A stretch of 64,000 nt of DNA from Euprymna scolopes (taxonomy: Eukaryota): the NCBI GenBank assembly GCA_053919585.1, contig CM132811.1; one strand, given 5' to 3'. The stretch's first letter is position 1. Each line of letters begins with the position of its first letter. The position numbers were made by a program, and so were the translations under genes. The notes below the pieces were generated by a model that was not told where the DNA came from, did not search any database, and worked only from the letters and a program-made list of their open reading frames with translations. Positions 47,001 through 59,000 of this stretch are shown piece by piece.

Positions 47001-50000
47001 AATAAAAGCGTCAAGTAAAAGGGTCAAGTAAAAGCGTCAAATAAAAGGGTCAAGTAAAAGATTAAAATAAAAGCGTCAAATAAAAGCGTCAAATAAAAGC
47101 GTCAAGTAAAAGCGTCAAATAAAAGCGTCAAGTAAAAGCGTCAAATAAAAGCGTCAAATAAAAGCGTCAAGTAAAAGCGTCAAATAAAAGCGTCAAGTAA
47201 AACGGTCGAGTAAAAGCGTCAAATAAAAGCGTCAAATAAAAGCGTCAAGTAAAAGGGTCAAGTAAAAGCGTCAAATAAAAGGGTCACGTAAAATGGTAAA
47301 ATAAAAACGTCAAATAAAAGCGTCAAATAAAAGCGTCAAGTAAAAGCGTCAAATAAAAGCGTCAAGTAAAAGCGTCAAGTAAAAGCGTCAAATAAAAGCG
47401 TCAAATAAAAGCGTCAAGTAAAAGGGTCAAGTAAAAGCGTCAAGTAAAAGCGTCAAATAAAAGCGTCAAATAAAAGCGTCAAGAAAAAGCGTCAAATAAA
47501 AGCGTCGAATAAAAGCGTCAAATAAAAGCGTCAAATAAAAGCGTCAAGTAAAAGCGTCAAATAAAAGCGTCAAGTAAAAGCGTCAAGTAAAAGCGTCAAA
47601 TAAAAGCGTCAAATAAAAGCGTCAAGTAAAAGGGTCAAGTAAAAGCGTCAAGTAAAAGCGTCAAATGAAAGCGTCAAATAAAAGCGTCAAGAAAAAGCGT
47701 CAACTAAAAGGGTCAAGTAAAACCGTCAAATAAAAGCGTCAAGTAAAAGCGTCAAATAAAAGCGTCAAGTAAAAGCGTCAAATAAAAGCGTCAAGTAAAA
47801 GCGTCAAATAAAAGCGTCAAGTAAAAGCGTCAAGTAAAGGCGTCAAATAAAAGCGTCAAATAAAAGCGTCAAATAAAAGCGTCAAAACAAAGCGTCAAGT
47901 AAAAGCGTCAAATAAAAGCGTGAAGTAAAAGCGTCAAATAAAAGCGTCAAATAAAAGCGTCAAGTAAAGGCGTCAAATAAAAGCGTCAAATAAAAGCGTC
48001 AAGAAAAAGCGTCAAGTAAAAGCGTCAAATAAAAGCTTCAAATAAAAGCGTCAAATAAAAGCGTCAAGTAAAAGGGTCGAGTAAAAGCGTCAAATAAAAG
48101 CGACAAATAAAAGGGTCAAGTAAAAGGGTCAAGTAAAAGCGTCAAATAAAAGGGTCAAGTAAAAGGGTCAAATAAAAGCGTCAAGTAAAAGCGTCAAGTA
48201 AAAGCGTGAAATAAAAGCGTCAAATAAAAGCGTCAAGTAAAAGGGGCAAGTAAAAGCGTCAAGTAAAAGCGTCACATAAAAGCGTCAAGTAAAAGCGTCA
48301 AATAAAAGGGTCAAATAAGAGCGTCAAGTAAAAGCGTCAAATAAAAGCGTCAAGAAAAAGTGTCAAATAAAAGCGTCAAGTAAAAGCGTCAAATAAAAGC
48401 GTCAAGTAAAAGCGTCAAATAAAAGCGTCAAGTAAAAGCGTCAAATAAAAGCGTCAAGTAAAAGCGTCAAGTAAAGGCGTCAAATAAAAGCGTCAAGTAA
48501 AACGGTCGAGTAAAAGCGTCAAATAAAAGCGTCAAACAAAAGCGTCAAGTAAAAGGGTCAAGTAAAAGCGTCAAATAAAAGGGTCAAGTAAAAGGGTCAA
48601 ATAAAAGCGTCAAATAAAAGCGTCAAATAAAAGCGTCAAGTAAAAGCGTCAAATAAAAGCGTCAAGTAAAAGCGTCAAATAAAAGCGTCAAATAAAAGCG
48701 TCAAATAAAAGCGTCAAGTAAAAGGGCCAAATAAAAGCGTCAAATAAAAGCGTCAAGTAAAAGCGTCAAGAAAAAGCGTCAAATAAAAGCGTCAAATAAA
48801 AGCGTCAAGTAAAAGCGTCAAATAAAAGCGTCAAGTAAAAGCGTCAAATAAAAGCGTCAAGTAAAACGGTCGAGTAAAAGCGTCAAATAAAAGCGTCAAA
48901 TAAAAGCGTCAAGTAAAACGGTCAAGTAAAAGCGTCAAATAAAAGGGTCAAGTAAAAGGGTAAAATAAAAGCGTCAAATAAAAGCGTCAAGTAAAAGCGT
49001 CAAGTAAAAGCGTCAAATAAAAGCGTCAAGTAAAAACGTAAAATAAAAGCGTCAAGTAAAAGTGTCAAGTAAAGGCGTCAAATAAAAGCGTCAAGTAAAA
49101 GCGTCAAATAAAAGCGTCAAATAAAAGCGTCAAATAAAGCGTCAAGTAAAGGCGTCAAATAAAAGCGTCAAGTAAAACGGTCGAGTAAAAGCGTCAAATA
49201 AAAGCGTCAAATAAAAGCGTCAAGTAAAAGGGTCAAGTAAAAGCGTCAAATAAAAGGGTCAAGTAAAAGATTAAAATAAAAGCGTCAAATAAAAGCGTCA
49301 AATAAAAGCGTCAAGTAAAAGCGTCAAATAAAAGCGTCAAGTAAAAGCGTCAAATAAAAGCGTCAAATAAAAGCGTCAAGTAAAAGCGTCAAATAAAAGC
49401 GTCAAGTAAAACGGTCGAGTAAAAGCGTCAAATAAAAGCGTCAAATAAAAGCGTCAAGTAAAAGGGTCAAGTAAAAGCGTCAAATAAAAGGGTCAAGTAA
49501 AATGGTAAAATAAAAACGTCAAATAAAAGCGTCAAATAAAAGCGTCAAGTAAAAGCGTCAAATAAAAGCGTCAAGTAAAAGCGTCAAGTAAAAGCGTCAA
49601 ATAAAAGCGTCAAATAAAAGCGTCAAGTAAAAGGGTCAAGTAAAAGCGTCAAGTAAAAGCGTCAAATAAAAACGTCAAATAAAAGCGTCAAGAAAAAGCG
49701 TCAAATAAAAGCGTCGAATAAAAGCGTCAAATAAAAGCGTCAAATAAAAGCGTCAAGTAAAAGCGTCAAATAAAAGCGTCAAGTAAAAGCGTCAAGTAAA
49801 AGCGTCAAATAAAAGCGTCATATAAAAGCGTCAAGTAAAAGGGTCAAGTAAAAGCGTCAAGTAAAAGCGTCAAATGAAAGCGTCAAATAAAAGCGTCAAG
49901 AAAAAGCGTCAACTAAAAGGGTCAAGTAAAACCGTCAAATAAAAGCGTCAAGTAAAAGCGTCAAATAAAAGCGTCAAGTAAAAGCGTCAAATAAAAGCGT

Positions 50001-53000
50001 CAAGTAAAAGCGTCAAATAAAAGCGTCAAGTAAAAGCGTCAAGTAAAGGCGTCAAATAAAAGCGTCAAATAAAAGCGTCAAATAAAAGCGTCAAAACAAA
50101 GCGTCAAGTAAAAGCGTCAAATAAAAGCGTCAAGTAAAAGCGTGAAATAAAAGCGTCAAATAAAAGCGTCAAGTAAAAGGGGCAAGTAAAAAGGTCAAGT
50201 AAAAGCGTCACATAAAAGCGTCAAGTAAAAGCGTCAAATAAAAGGGTCAAATAAGAGCGTCAAGTAAAAGCGTCAAATAAAAGCGTCAAGAAAAAGTGTC
50301 AAATAAAAGCGTCAAGTAAAAGCGTCAAATAAAAGCGTCAAGTAAAAGCGTCAAATAAAAGCGTCAAGTAAAAGCGTCAAATAAAAGCGTCAAGTAAAAG
50401 CGTCAAGTAAAGGCGTCAAATAAAAGCGTCAAGTAAAACGGTCGAGTAAAAGCGTCAAATAAAAGCGTCAAATAAAAGCGTCAAGTAAAAGGGTCAAGTA
50501 AAAGCGTCAAATAAAAGGGTCAAGTAAAAGGGTCAAATAAAAGCGTCAAATAAAAGCGTCAAATAAAAGCGTCAAGTAAAAGCGTCAAATAAAAGCGTCA
50601 AGTAAAAGCGTCAAATAAAAGCGTCAAATAAAAGCGTCAAATAAAAGCGTCAAGTAAAAGGGCCAAATAAAAGCGTCAAATAAAAGCGTCAAGTAAAAGC
50701 GTCAAGAAAAAGCGTCAAATAAAAGCGTCAAATAAAAGCGTCAAGTAAAAGCGTCAAATAAAAGCGTCAAGTAAAAGCGTCAAATAAAAGCGTCAAGTAA
50801 AACGGTCGAGTAAAAGCGTCAAATAAAAGCGTCAAATAAAAGCGTCAAGTAAAACGGTCAAGTAAAAGCGTCAAATAAAAGGGTCAAGTAAAAGGGTAAA
50901 ATAAAAGCGTCAAATAAAAGCGTCAAATAAAAGCGTCAAGTAAAAGCGTCAAATAAAAGCGTCAAGTAAAAGCGTCAAATAAAAGCGTCAAATAAAAGCG
51001 TCAAATAAAAGCGTCAAAACAAAGCGTCAAGTAAAAGCGTCAAATAAAAGCGTCAAGTAAAAGCGTCAAATAAAAGCGTCAAATAAAAGCCCTAAGTAAA
51101 GGCGTCAAATAAAAGCGTCAAATAAAAGCGTCAAGAAAAAGCGTCAAGTAAAAGCGTCAAATAAAAGCTTCAAATAAAAGCGTCAAATAAATGCGTCAAG
51201 TAAAAGGGTCGAGTAAAAGCGTCAAATAAAAGCGACAAATAAAAGGGTCAAGTAAAAGCGTCAAGTAAAAGCGTCAAATAAAAGCGTCAAGTAAAAGCGT
51301 CAAGTAAAGGCGTCAAATAAAAGCGTCAAATAAAAGCGTCAAATAAAAGCGTCAAAACAAAGCGTCAAGTAAAAGCGTCAAATAAAAGCGTCAAGTAAAA
51401 GCGTCAAATAAATGCGTCAAATAAAAGCGTCAAGTAAAGGCGTCAAATAAAAGCGTCAAAAAAAAGCGTCAAGAAAAAGCGTCAAGTAAAAGCGTCAAAT
51501 AAAAGCTTCAAATAAAAGCGTCAAATAAAAGCGTCAAGTAAAAGGGTCGAGTAAAAGCGTCAAATAAAAGCGACAAATAAAAGGGTCAAGTAAAAGGGTC
51601 AAGTAAAAGCGTCAAATAAAAGGGTCAAGTAAAAGGGTCAAATAAAAGCGTCAAGTAAAAGCGTCAAGTAAAAGCGTGAAATAAAAGCGTCAAATAAAAG
51701 CGTCAAGTAAAAGGGGCAAGTAAAAGCGTCAAGTAAAAGCGTCAAATAAAAGCGTCAAGTAAAAGCGTCAAATAAAAGGGTCAAATAAGAGCGTCAAGTA
51801 AAAGCGTCAAATAAAAGCGTCAAGAAAAAGTGTCAAATAAAAGCGTCAAGTAAAAGCGTAAAATAAAAGCGTCAAGTAAAAGCGTCAAATAAAAGCGTCA
51901 AGTAAAAGCGTCAAATAAAGCGTCAAGTAAAAGCGTCAAATAAAAGCGTCAAGTAAAGGCGTCAAATAAAAGCGTCAAGTAAAACGGTCGAGTAAAAGCG
52001 TCAAATAAAAGCGTCAAATAAAAGCGTCAAGTAAAAGGGTCAAGTAAAAGCGTCAAATAAAAGGGTCAAGTAAAAGATTAAAATAAAAGCGTCAAATAAA
52101 AGCGTCAAATAAAAGCGTCAAGTAAAAGCGTCAAATAAAAGCGTCAAGTAAAAGCGTCAAATAAAAGCGTCAAATAAAAGCGTCAAATAAAAGCGTCAAG
52201 TAAAAGGGCCAAATAAAAGCGTCAAATAAAAGCGTCAAGTAAAAGCGTCAAGAAAAAGCGTCAAATAAAAGCGTCAAATAAAAGCGTCAAGTAAAAGCGT
52301 CAAATAAAAGCGTCAAGTAAAAGCGTCAAATAAAAGCGTCAAGTAAAACGGTCGAGTAAAAGCGTCAAATAAAAGCGTCAAATAAAAGCGTCAAGTAAAA
52401 GGGTCAAGTAAAAGCGTCAAATAAAAGGGTCAAGTAAAAGGGTAAAATAAAAGCGTCAAATAAAAGCGTCAAATAAAAGCGTCAAGTAAAAGCGTCAAAT
52501 AAAAGCGTCAAGTAAAAGCGTCAAATAAAAGCGTCAAATAAAAGCGTCAAATAAAAGAGTCCAAACAAAGCGTCAAGTAAAAGCGTCAAATAAAAGCGTC
52601 AAGTAAAAGCGTCAAATAAAAGCGTCAAATAAAAGCGTCAAGTAAAGGCGTCAAATAAAAGCGTCAAATAAAAGCGTCAAGAAAAAGCGTCAAGTAAAAG
52701 CGTCAAATAAAAGCTTCAAATAAAAGCGTCAAATAAAAGCGTCAAGTAAAAGGGTCGAGTAAAAGCGTCAAATAAAAGCCACAAATAAAAGGGTCAAGTA
52801 AAAGGGTCAAGTAAAAGCGTCAAATAAAAGGGTCAAGTAAAAGGGTCAAATAAAAGCGTCAAGTAAAAGCGTCAAGTAAAAGCGTGAAATAAAAGCGTCA
52901 AATAAAAGCGTCAAGTAAAAGGGGCAAGTAAAAGCGTCAAGTAAAAGCGTCAAGTAAAAGCGTCAAGTAAAGGCGTCAAATAAAAGCGTCAAATAAAAGC

Positions 53001-56000
53001 GTCAAACAAAAGCGTCAAATAAAAGCGTCAAGTAAAAGCGTCAAGTAAAAGCGTCAAATAAAAGCGTCAAGTAAAAGCGTCAAGTAAAAGCGTCAAATAA
53101 AAGCGTCAAATAAAAGCGTCAAGTAAAAGGGTCAAGAAAAAGCGTCAAGTAAAAGCGTCAAATGAAAGCGTCAAATAAAAGCGTCAAGAAAAAGCGTCAA
53201 CTAAAAGGGTCAAGTAAAACCGTCAAATAAAAGCGTCAAGTAAAAGCGTCAAATAAAAGCGTCAAGTAAAAGCGTCAAATAAAAGCGTCAAGTAAAAGCG
53301 TCAAATAAAAGCGTCAAGTAAAAGCGTCAAGTAAAGGCGTCAAATAAAAGCGTCAAATAAAAGCGTCAAATAAAAGCGTCAAAACAAAGCGTCAAGTAAA
53401 AGCGTCAAATAAAAGCGTCAAGTAAAAGCGTCAAATAAAAGCGTCAAATAAAAGCGTCAAGTAAAGGCGTCAAACAAAAGCGTCAAATAAAAGCGTCAAG
53501 AAAAAGCGTCAAGTAAAAGCGTCAAATAAAAGCTTCAAATAAAAGCGTCAAATAAAAGCGTCAAGTAAAAGGGTCGAGTAAAAGCGTCAAATAAAAGCGA
53601 CAAATAAAAGGGTCAAGTAAAAGGGTCAAGTAAAAGCGTCAAATAAAAGGGTCAAGTAAAAGGGTCAAATAAAAGCGTCAAGTAAAAGCGTCAAGTAAAA
53701 GCGTGAAATAAAAGCGTAAAATAAAAGCGTCAAGTAAAAGGGGCAAGTAAAAGCGTCAAGTAAAAGCGACACATAAAAGCGTCAAGTAAAAGCGTCAAAT
53801 AAAAGGGTCAAATAAGAGCGTCAAGTAAAAGCGTCAAATAAAAGCGTCAAATAAAAGCGTCAAATAAAAGCGTCAAGTAAAAGGGCCAAATAAAAGCGTC
53901 AAGTAAAAGCGTCAAGAAAAAGCGTCAAGTAAAAGCGTCAAATAAAAGCGTCAAGAAAAAGTGTCAAATAAAAGCGTCAAGTAAAAGCGTAAAATAAAAG
54001 CGTCAAGTAAAAGCGTCAAATAAAAGCGTCAAGTAAAAGCGTCAAATAAAGCGTCAAGTAAAAGCGTCAAATAAAAGCGTCAAGTAAAGGCGTCAAATAA
54101 AAGCGTCAAGTAAAACGGTCGAGTAAAAGCGTCAAATAAAAGCGTCAAATAAAAGCGTCAAGTAAAAGGGTCAAGTAAAAGCGTCAAATAAAAGGGTCAA
54201 GTAAAAGATTAAAATAAAAGCGTCAAATAAAAGCGTCAAATAAAAGCGTCAAGTAAAAGCGTCAAATAAAAGCGTCAAGTAAAAGCGTCAAATAAAAGCG
54301 TCAAATAAAAGCGTCAAATAAAAGCGTCAAGTAAAAGGGCCAAATAAAAGCGTCAAATAAAAGCGTCAAGTAAAAGCGTCAAGAAAAAGCGTCAAATAAA
54401 AGCGTCAAATAAAAGCGTCAAGTAAAAGCGTCAAATAAAAGCGTCAAGTAAAAGCGTCAAATAAAAGCGTCAAGTAAAACGGTCGAGTAAAAGCGTCAAA
54501 TAAAAGCGTCAAATAAAAGCGTCAAGTAAAAGGGTCAAGTAAAAGCGTCAAATAAAAGGGTCAAGTAAAAGGGTAAAATAAAAGCGTCAAATAAAAGCGT
54601 CAAATAAAAGCGTCAAGTAAAAGCGTCAAATAAAAGCGTCAAGTAAAAGCGTCAAATAAAAGCGTCAAATAAAAGCGTCAAATAAAAGAGTCAAAACAAA
54701 GCGTCAAGTAAAAGCGTCAAATAAAAGCGTCAAGTAAAAGCGTCAAATAAAAGCGTCAAATAAAAGCGTCAAGTAAAGGCGTCAAATAAAAGCGTCAAAT
54801 AAAAGCGTCAAGAAAAAGCGTCAAGTAAAAGCGTCAAATAAAAGCTTCAAATAAAAGCGTCAAATAAAAGCGTCAAGTTAAAGGGTCGAGTAAAAGCGTC
54901 AAATAAAAGCCACAAATAAAAGGGTCAAGTAAAAGGGTCAAGTAAAAGCGTCAAATAAAAGGGTCAAGTAAAAGGGTCAAATAAAAGCGTCAAGTAAAAG
55001 CGTCAAGTAAAAGCGTGAAATAAAAGCGTCAAATAAAAGCGTCAAGTAAAAGGGGCAAGTAAAAGCGTCAAGTAAAAGCGTCAAGTAAAAGCGTCAAGTA
55101 AAAGCGTCAAGTAAAGGCGTCAAATAAAAGCGTCAAATAAAAGCGTCAAACAAAAGCGTCAAATAAAAGCGTCAAGTAAAAGCGTCAAGTAAAAGCGTCA
55201 AATAAAAGCGTCAAGTAAAAGCGTCAAGTAAAAGCGTCAAATAAAAGCGTCAAATAAAAGCGTCAAGTAAAAGGGTCAAGAAAAAGCGTCAAGTAAAAGC
55301 GTCAAATGAAAGCGTCAAATAAAAGCGTCAAGAAAAAGCGTCAACTAAAAGGGTCAAGTAAAACCGTCAAATAAAAGCGTCAAGTAAAAGCGTCAAATAA
55401 AAGCGTCAAGTAAAAGCGTCAAATAAAAGCGTCAAGTAAAAGCGTCAAATAAAAGCGTCAAGTAAAAGCGTCAAGTAAAGGCGTCAAATAAAAGCGTCAA
55501 ATAAAAGCGTCAAATAAAAGCGTCAAAACAAAGCGTCAAGTAAAAGCGTCAAATAAAAGCGTCAAGTAAAAGCGTCAAATAAAAGCGTCAAATAAAAGCG
55601 TCAAGTAAAGGCGTCAAATAAAAGCGTCAAATAAAAGCGTCAAGAAAAAGCGTCAAGTAAAAGCGTCAAATAAAAGCTTCAAATAAAAGCGTCAAATAAA
55701 AGCGTCAAGTAAAAGGGTCGAGTAAAAGCGTCAAATAAAAGCGACAAATAAAAGGGTCAAGTAAAAGGGTCAAGTAAAAGCGTCAAATAAAAGGGTCAAG
55801 TAAAAGGGTCAAATAAAAGCGTCAAGTAAAAGCGTCAAGTAAAAGCGTGAAATAAAAGCGTAAAATAAAAGCGTCAAGTAAAAGGGGCAAGTAAAAGCGT
55901 CAAGTAAAAGCGACACATAAAAGCGTCAAGTAAAAGCGTCAAATAAAAGGGTCAAATAAGAGCGTCAAGTAAAAGCGTCAAATAAAAGCGTCAAATAAAA

Positions 56001-59000
56001 GCGTCAAATAAAAGCGTCAAGTAAAAGGGCCAAATAAAAGCGTCAAGTAAAAGCGTCAAGAAAAAGCGTCAAATAAAAGCGTCAAATAAAAGCGTCAAGT
56101 AAAAGCGTCAAATAAAAGCGTCAAGTAAAAGCGTCAAATAAAAGCGTCAAGTAAAACGGTCGAGTAAAAGCGTCAAATAAAAGCGTCAAATAAAAGCGTC
56201 AAGTAAAACGGTCAAGTAGAAGCGTCAAATAAAAGGGTCAAGTAAAAGGGTAAAATAAAAGCGTCAAATAAAAGCGTCAAATAAAAGCGTCAAGTAAAAG
56301 CGTCAAATAAAAGCGTCAAATAAAAGCGTCAAATAAAAGCGTCAAATAAAAGCGTCAAATAAAAGCGTCAAAACAAAGCGTCAAGTAAAAGGGTCAAGTA
56401 AAAGCGTCAAGTAAAAGCGTCAAATAAAAGCGTCAAATAAAAGCGTCAAGAAAAAGTGTCAAATAAAAGCGTCGAATAAAAGCGTCAAATAAAAGCGTCA
56501 AATAAAAGCGTCAAGTAAAAGCGTCAAATAAAAGCGTCAAGTAAAAGCGTCAAGTAAAAGCGTCAAATAAAAGCGTCAAATAAAAGCGTCAAGTAAAAGG
56601 GTCAAGAAAAAGCGTCAAGTAAAAGCGTCAAATGAAAGCGTCAAATAAAAGCGTCAAGAAAAAGCGTCAACTAAAAGGGTCAAGTAAAACCGTCAAATAA
56701 AAGCGTCAAGTAAAAGCGTCAAATAAAAGCGTCAAGTAAAAGCGTCAAATAAAAGCGTCAAGTAAAAGCGTCAAATAAAAGCGTCAAGTAAAAGCGTCAA
56801 GTAAAGGCGTCAAATAAAAGCGTCAAATAAAAGCGTCAAATAAAAGCGTCAAAACAAAGCGTCAAGTAAAAGCGTCAAATAAAAGCGTCAAGTAAAAGCG
56901 TCAAATAAAAGCGTCAAATAAAAGCGTCAAGTAAAGGCGTCAAATAAAAGCGTCAAATAAAAGCGTCAAGAAAAAGCGTCAAGTAAATGCGTCAAATAAA
57001 AGCTTCAAATAAAAGCGTCCAATAAAAGCGTCAAGTAAAAGGATCGAGTAAAAGCGTCAAATAAAAGCGACAAATAAAAGGGTCAAGTAAAAGGGTCAAG
57101 TAAAAGCGTCAAATAAAAGGGTCAAGTAAAAGGGTAAAATAAAAGCGTCAAGTAAAAGCGTCAAGTAAAAGCGTCAAGTAAAAGCGTGAAATAAAAGCGT
57201 CAAATAAAAGCGTCAAGTAAAAGGGGCAAGTAAAAGCGTCAAGTAAAAGCGTCACATAAAAGCGTCAAGTAAAAGCGTCAAATAAAAGGGTCAAATAAGA
57301 GCGTCAAGTAAAAGCGTCAAATAAAAGCGTCAAATAAAAGCGTCAAATAAAAGCGTCAAGTAAAAGGGCCAAATAAAAGCGTCAAATAAAAGCGTCAAGT
57401 AAAAGCGTCAAGAAAAAGCGTCAAATAAAAGCGTCAAATAAAAGCGTCAAGTAAAAGCGTCAAATAAAAGCGTCAAGTAAAAGCGTCAAATAAAAGCGTC
57501 AAGTAAAACGGTCGAGTAAAAGCGTCAAATAAAAGCGTCAAATAAAAGCGTCAAGTAAAACGGTCAAGTAAAAGCGTCATATAAAAGGGTCAAGTAAAAT
57601 GGTAAAATAAAAGCGTCAAATAAAAGCGTCAAATAAAAGCGTCAAGTAAAAGCGTCAAATAAAAGCGTCAAGTAAAAGCGTCAAATAAAAGCGTCAAATA
57701 AAAGCGTCAAATAAAAGCGTCAAATAAAAGCGTCAAAACAAAGCGTCAAGTAAAAGCGTCAAATAAAAGCGTCAAGTAAAAGCGTCAAATAAAAGCGTCA
57801 AATAAAAGCCTCAAGTAAAGGCGTCAAATAAAAGCGTCAAATAAAAGCGTCAAGAAAAGGCGTCAAGTAAAAGCGTCAAATAAAAGCTTCAAATAAAAGC
57901 GTCAAATAAATGCGTCAAGTAAAAGGGTCGAGTAAAAGCGTCAAATAAAAGCGACAAATAAAAGGGTCAAGTAAAAGCGTCAAGTAAAAGCGTCAAATAA
58001 AAGCGTCAAGTAAAAGCGTCAAGTAAAGGCGTCAAATAAAAGCGTCAAATAAAAGCGTCAAATAAAAGCGTCAAAACAAAGCGTCAAATAAAAGCGTCAA
58101 ATAAAAGCGTCAAGTAAAAGCGTCAAATAAAAGCGTCAAATAAAAGCGTCAAGTAAAGGCGTCAAATAAAAGCGTCAAAACAAAGCGTCAAGAAAAAGCG
58201 TCAAGTAAAAGCGTCAAATAAAAGCTTCAAATAAAAGCGTCAAATAAAAGCGTCAAGTAAAAGGGTCGAGTAAAAGCGTCAAATAAAAGCGACAAATAAA
58301 AGGGTCAAGTAAAAGGGTCAAGTAAAAGCGTCAAATAAAAGGGTCAAGTAAAAGGGTCAAATAAAAGCGTCAAGTAAAAGCGTCAAGTAAAAGCGTGAAA
58401 TAAAAGCGTCAAGAAAAAGTGTCAAATAAAAGTGTCAAATAAAAGCGTCAAGAAAAAGTGTCAAATAAAAGTGTCAAATAAAAGCGTCAAGTAAAAGCGT
58501 CAAATAAAAGCGTCAAATAAAAGCGTCAAATAAAAGCGTCAAGTAAAAGCGTCAAATAAAGCGTCAAGTAAAAGCGTCAAGTAAAGGCGTCAAATAAAAG
58601 CGTCAAGTAAAACGGTCGAGTAAAAGCGTCAAATAAAAGCGTCAAATAAAAGCGTCAAGTAAAAGGGTCAAGTAAAAGCGTCAAATAAAAGGGTCAAGTA
58701 AAAGGGTAAAATAAAAGCGTCAAATAAAAGCGTCAAATAAAAGCGTCAAGTAAAAGCGTCAAATAAAAGCGTCAAGTAAAAGCGTCAAATAAAAGCGTCA
58801 AATAAAAGCGTCAAATAAAAGCGTCAAGTAAAAGGGCCAAATAAAAGCGTCAAATAAAAGCGTCAAGTAAAAGCGTCAAGAAAAAGCGTCAAATAAAAGC
58901 GTCAAATAAAAGCGTCAAGTAAAAGCGTCAAATAAAAGCGTCAAGTAAAAGCGTCAAATAAAAGCGTCAAGTAAAACGGTCGAGTAAAAGCGTCAAATAA

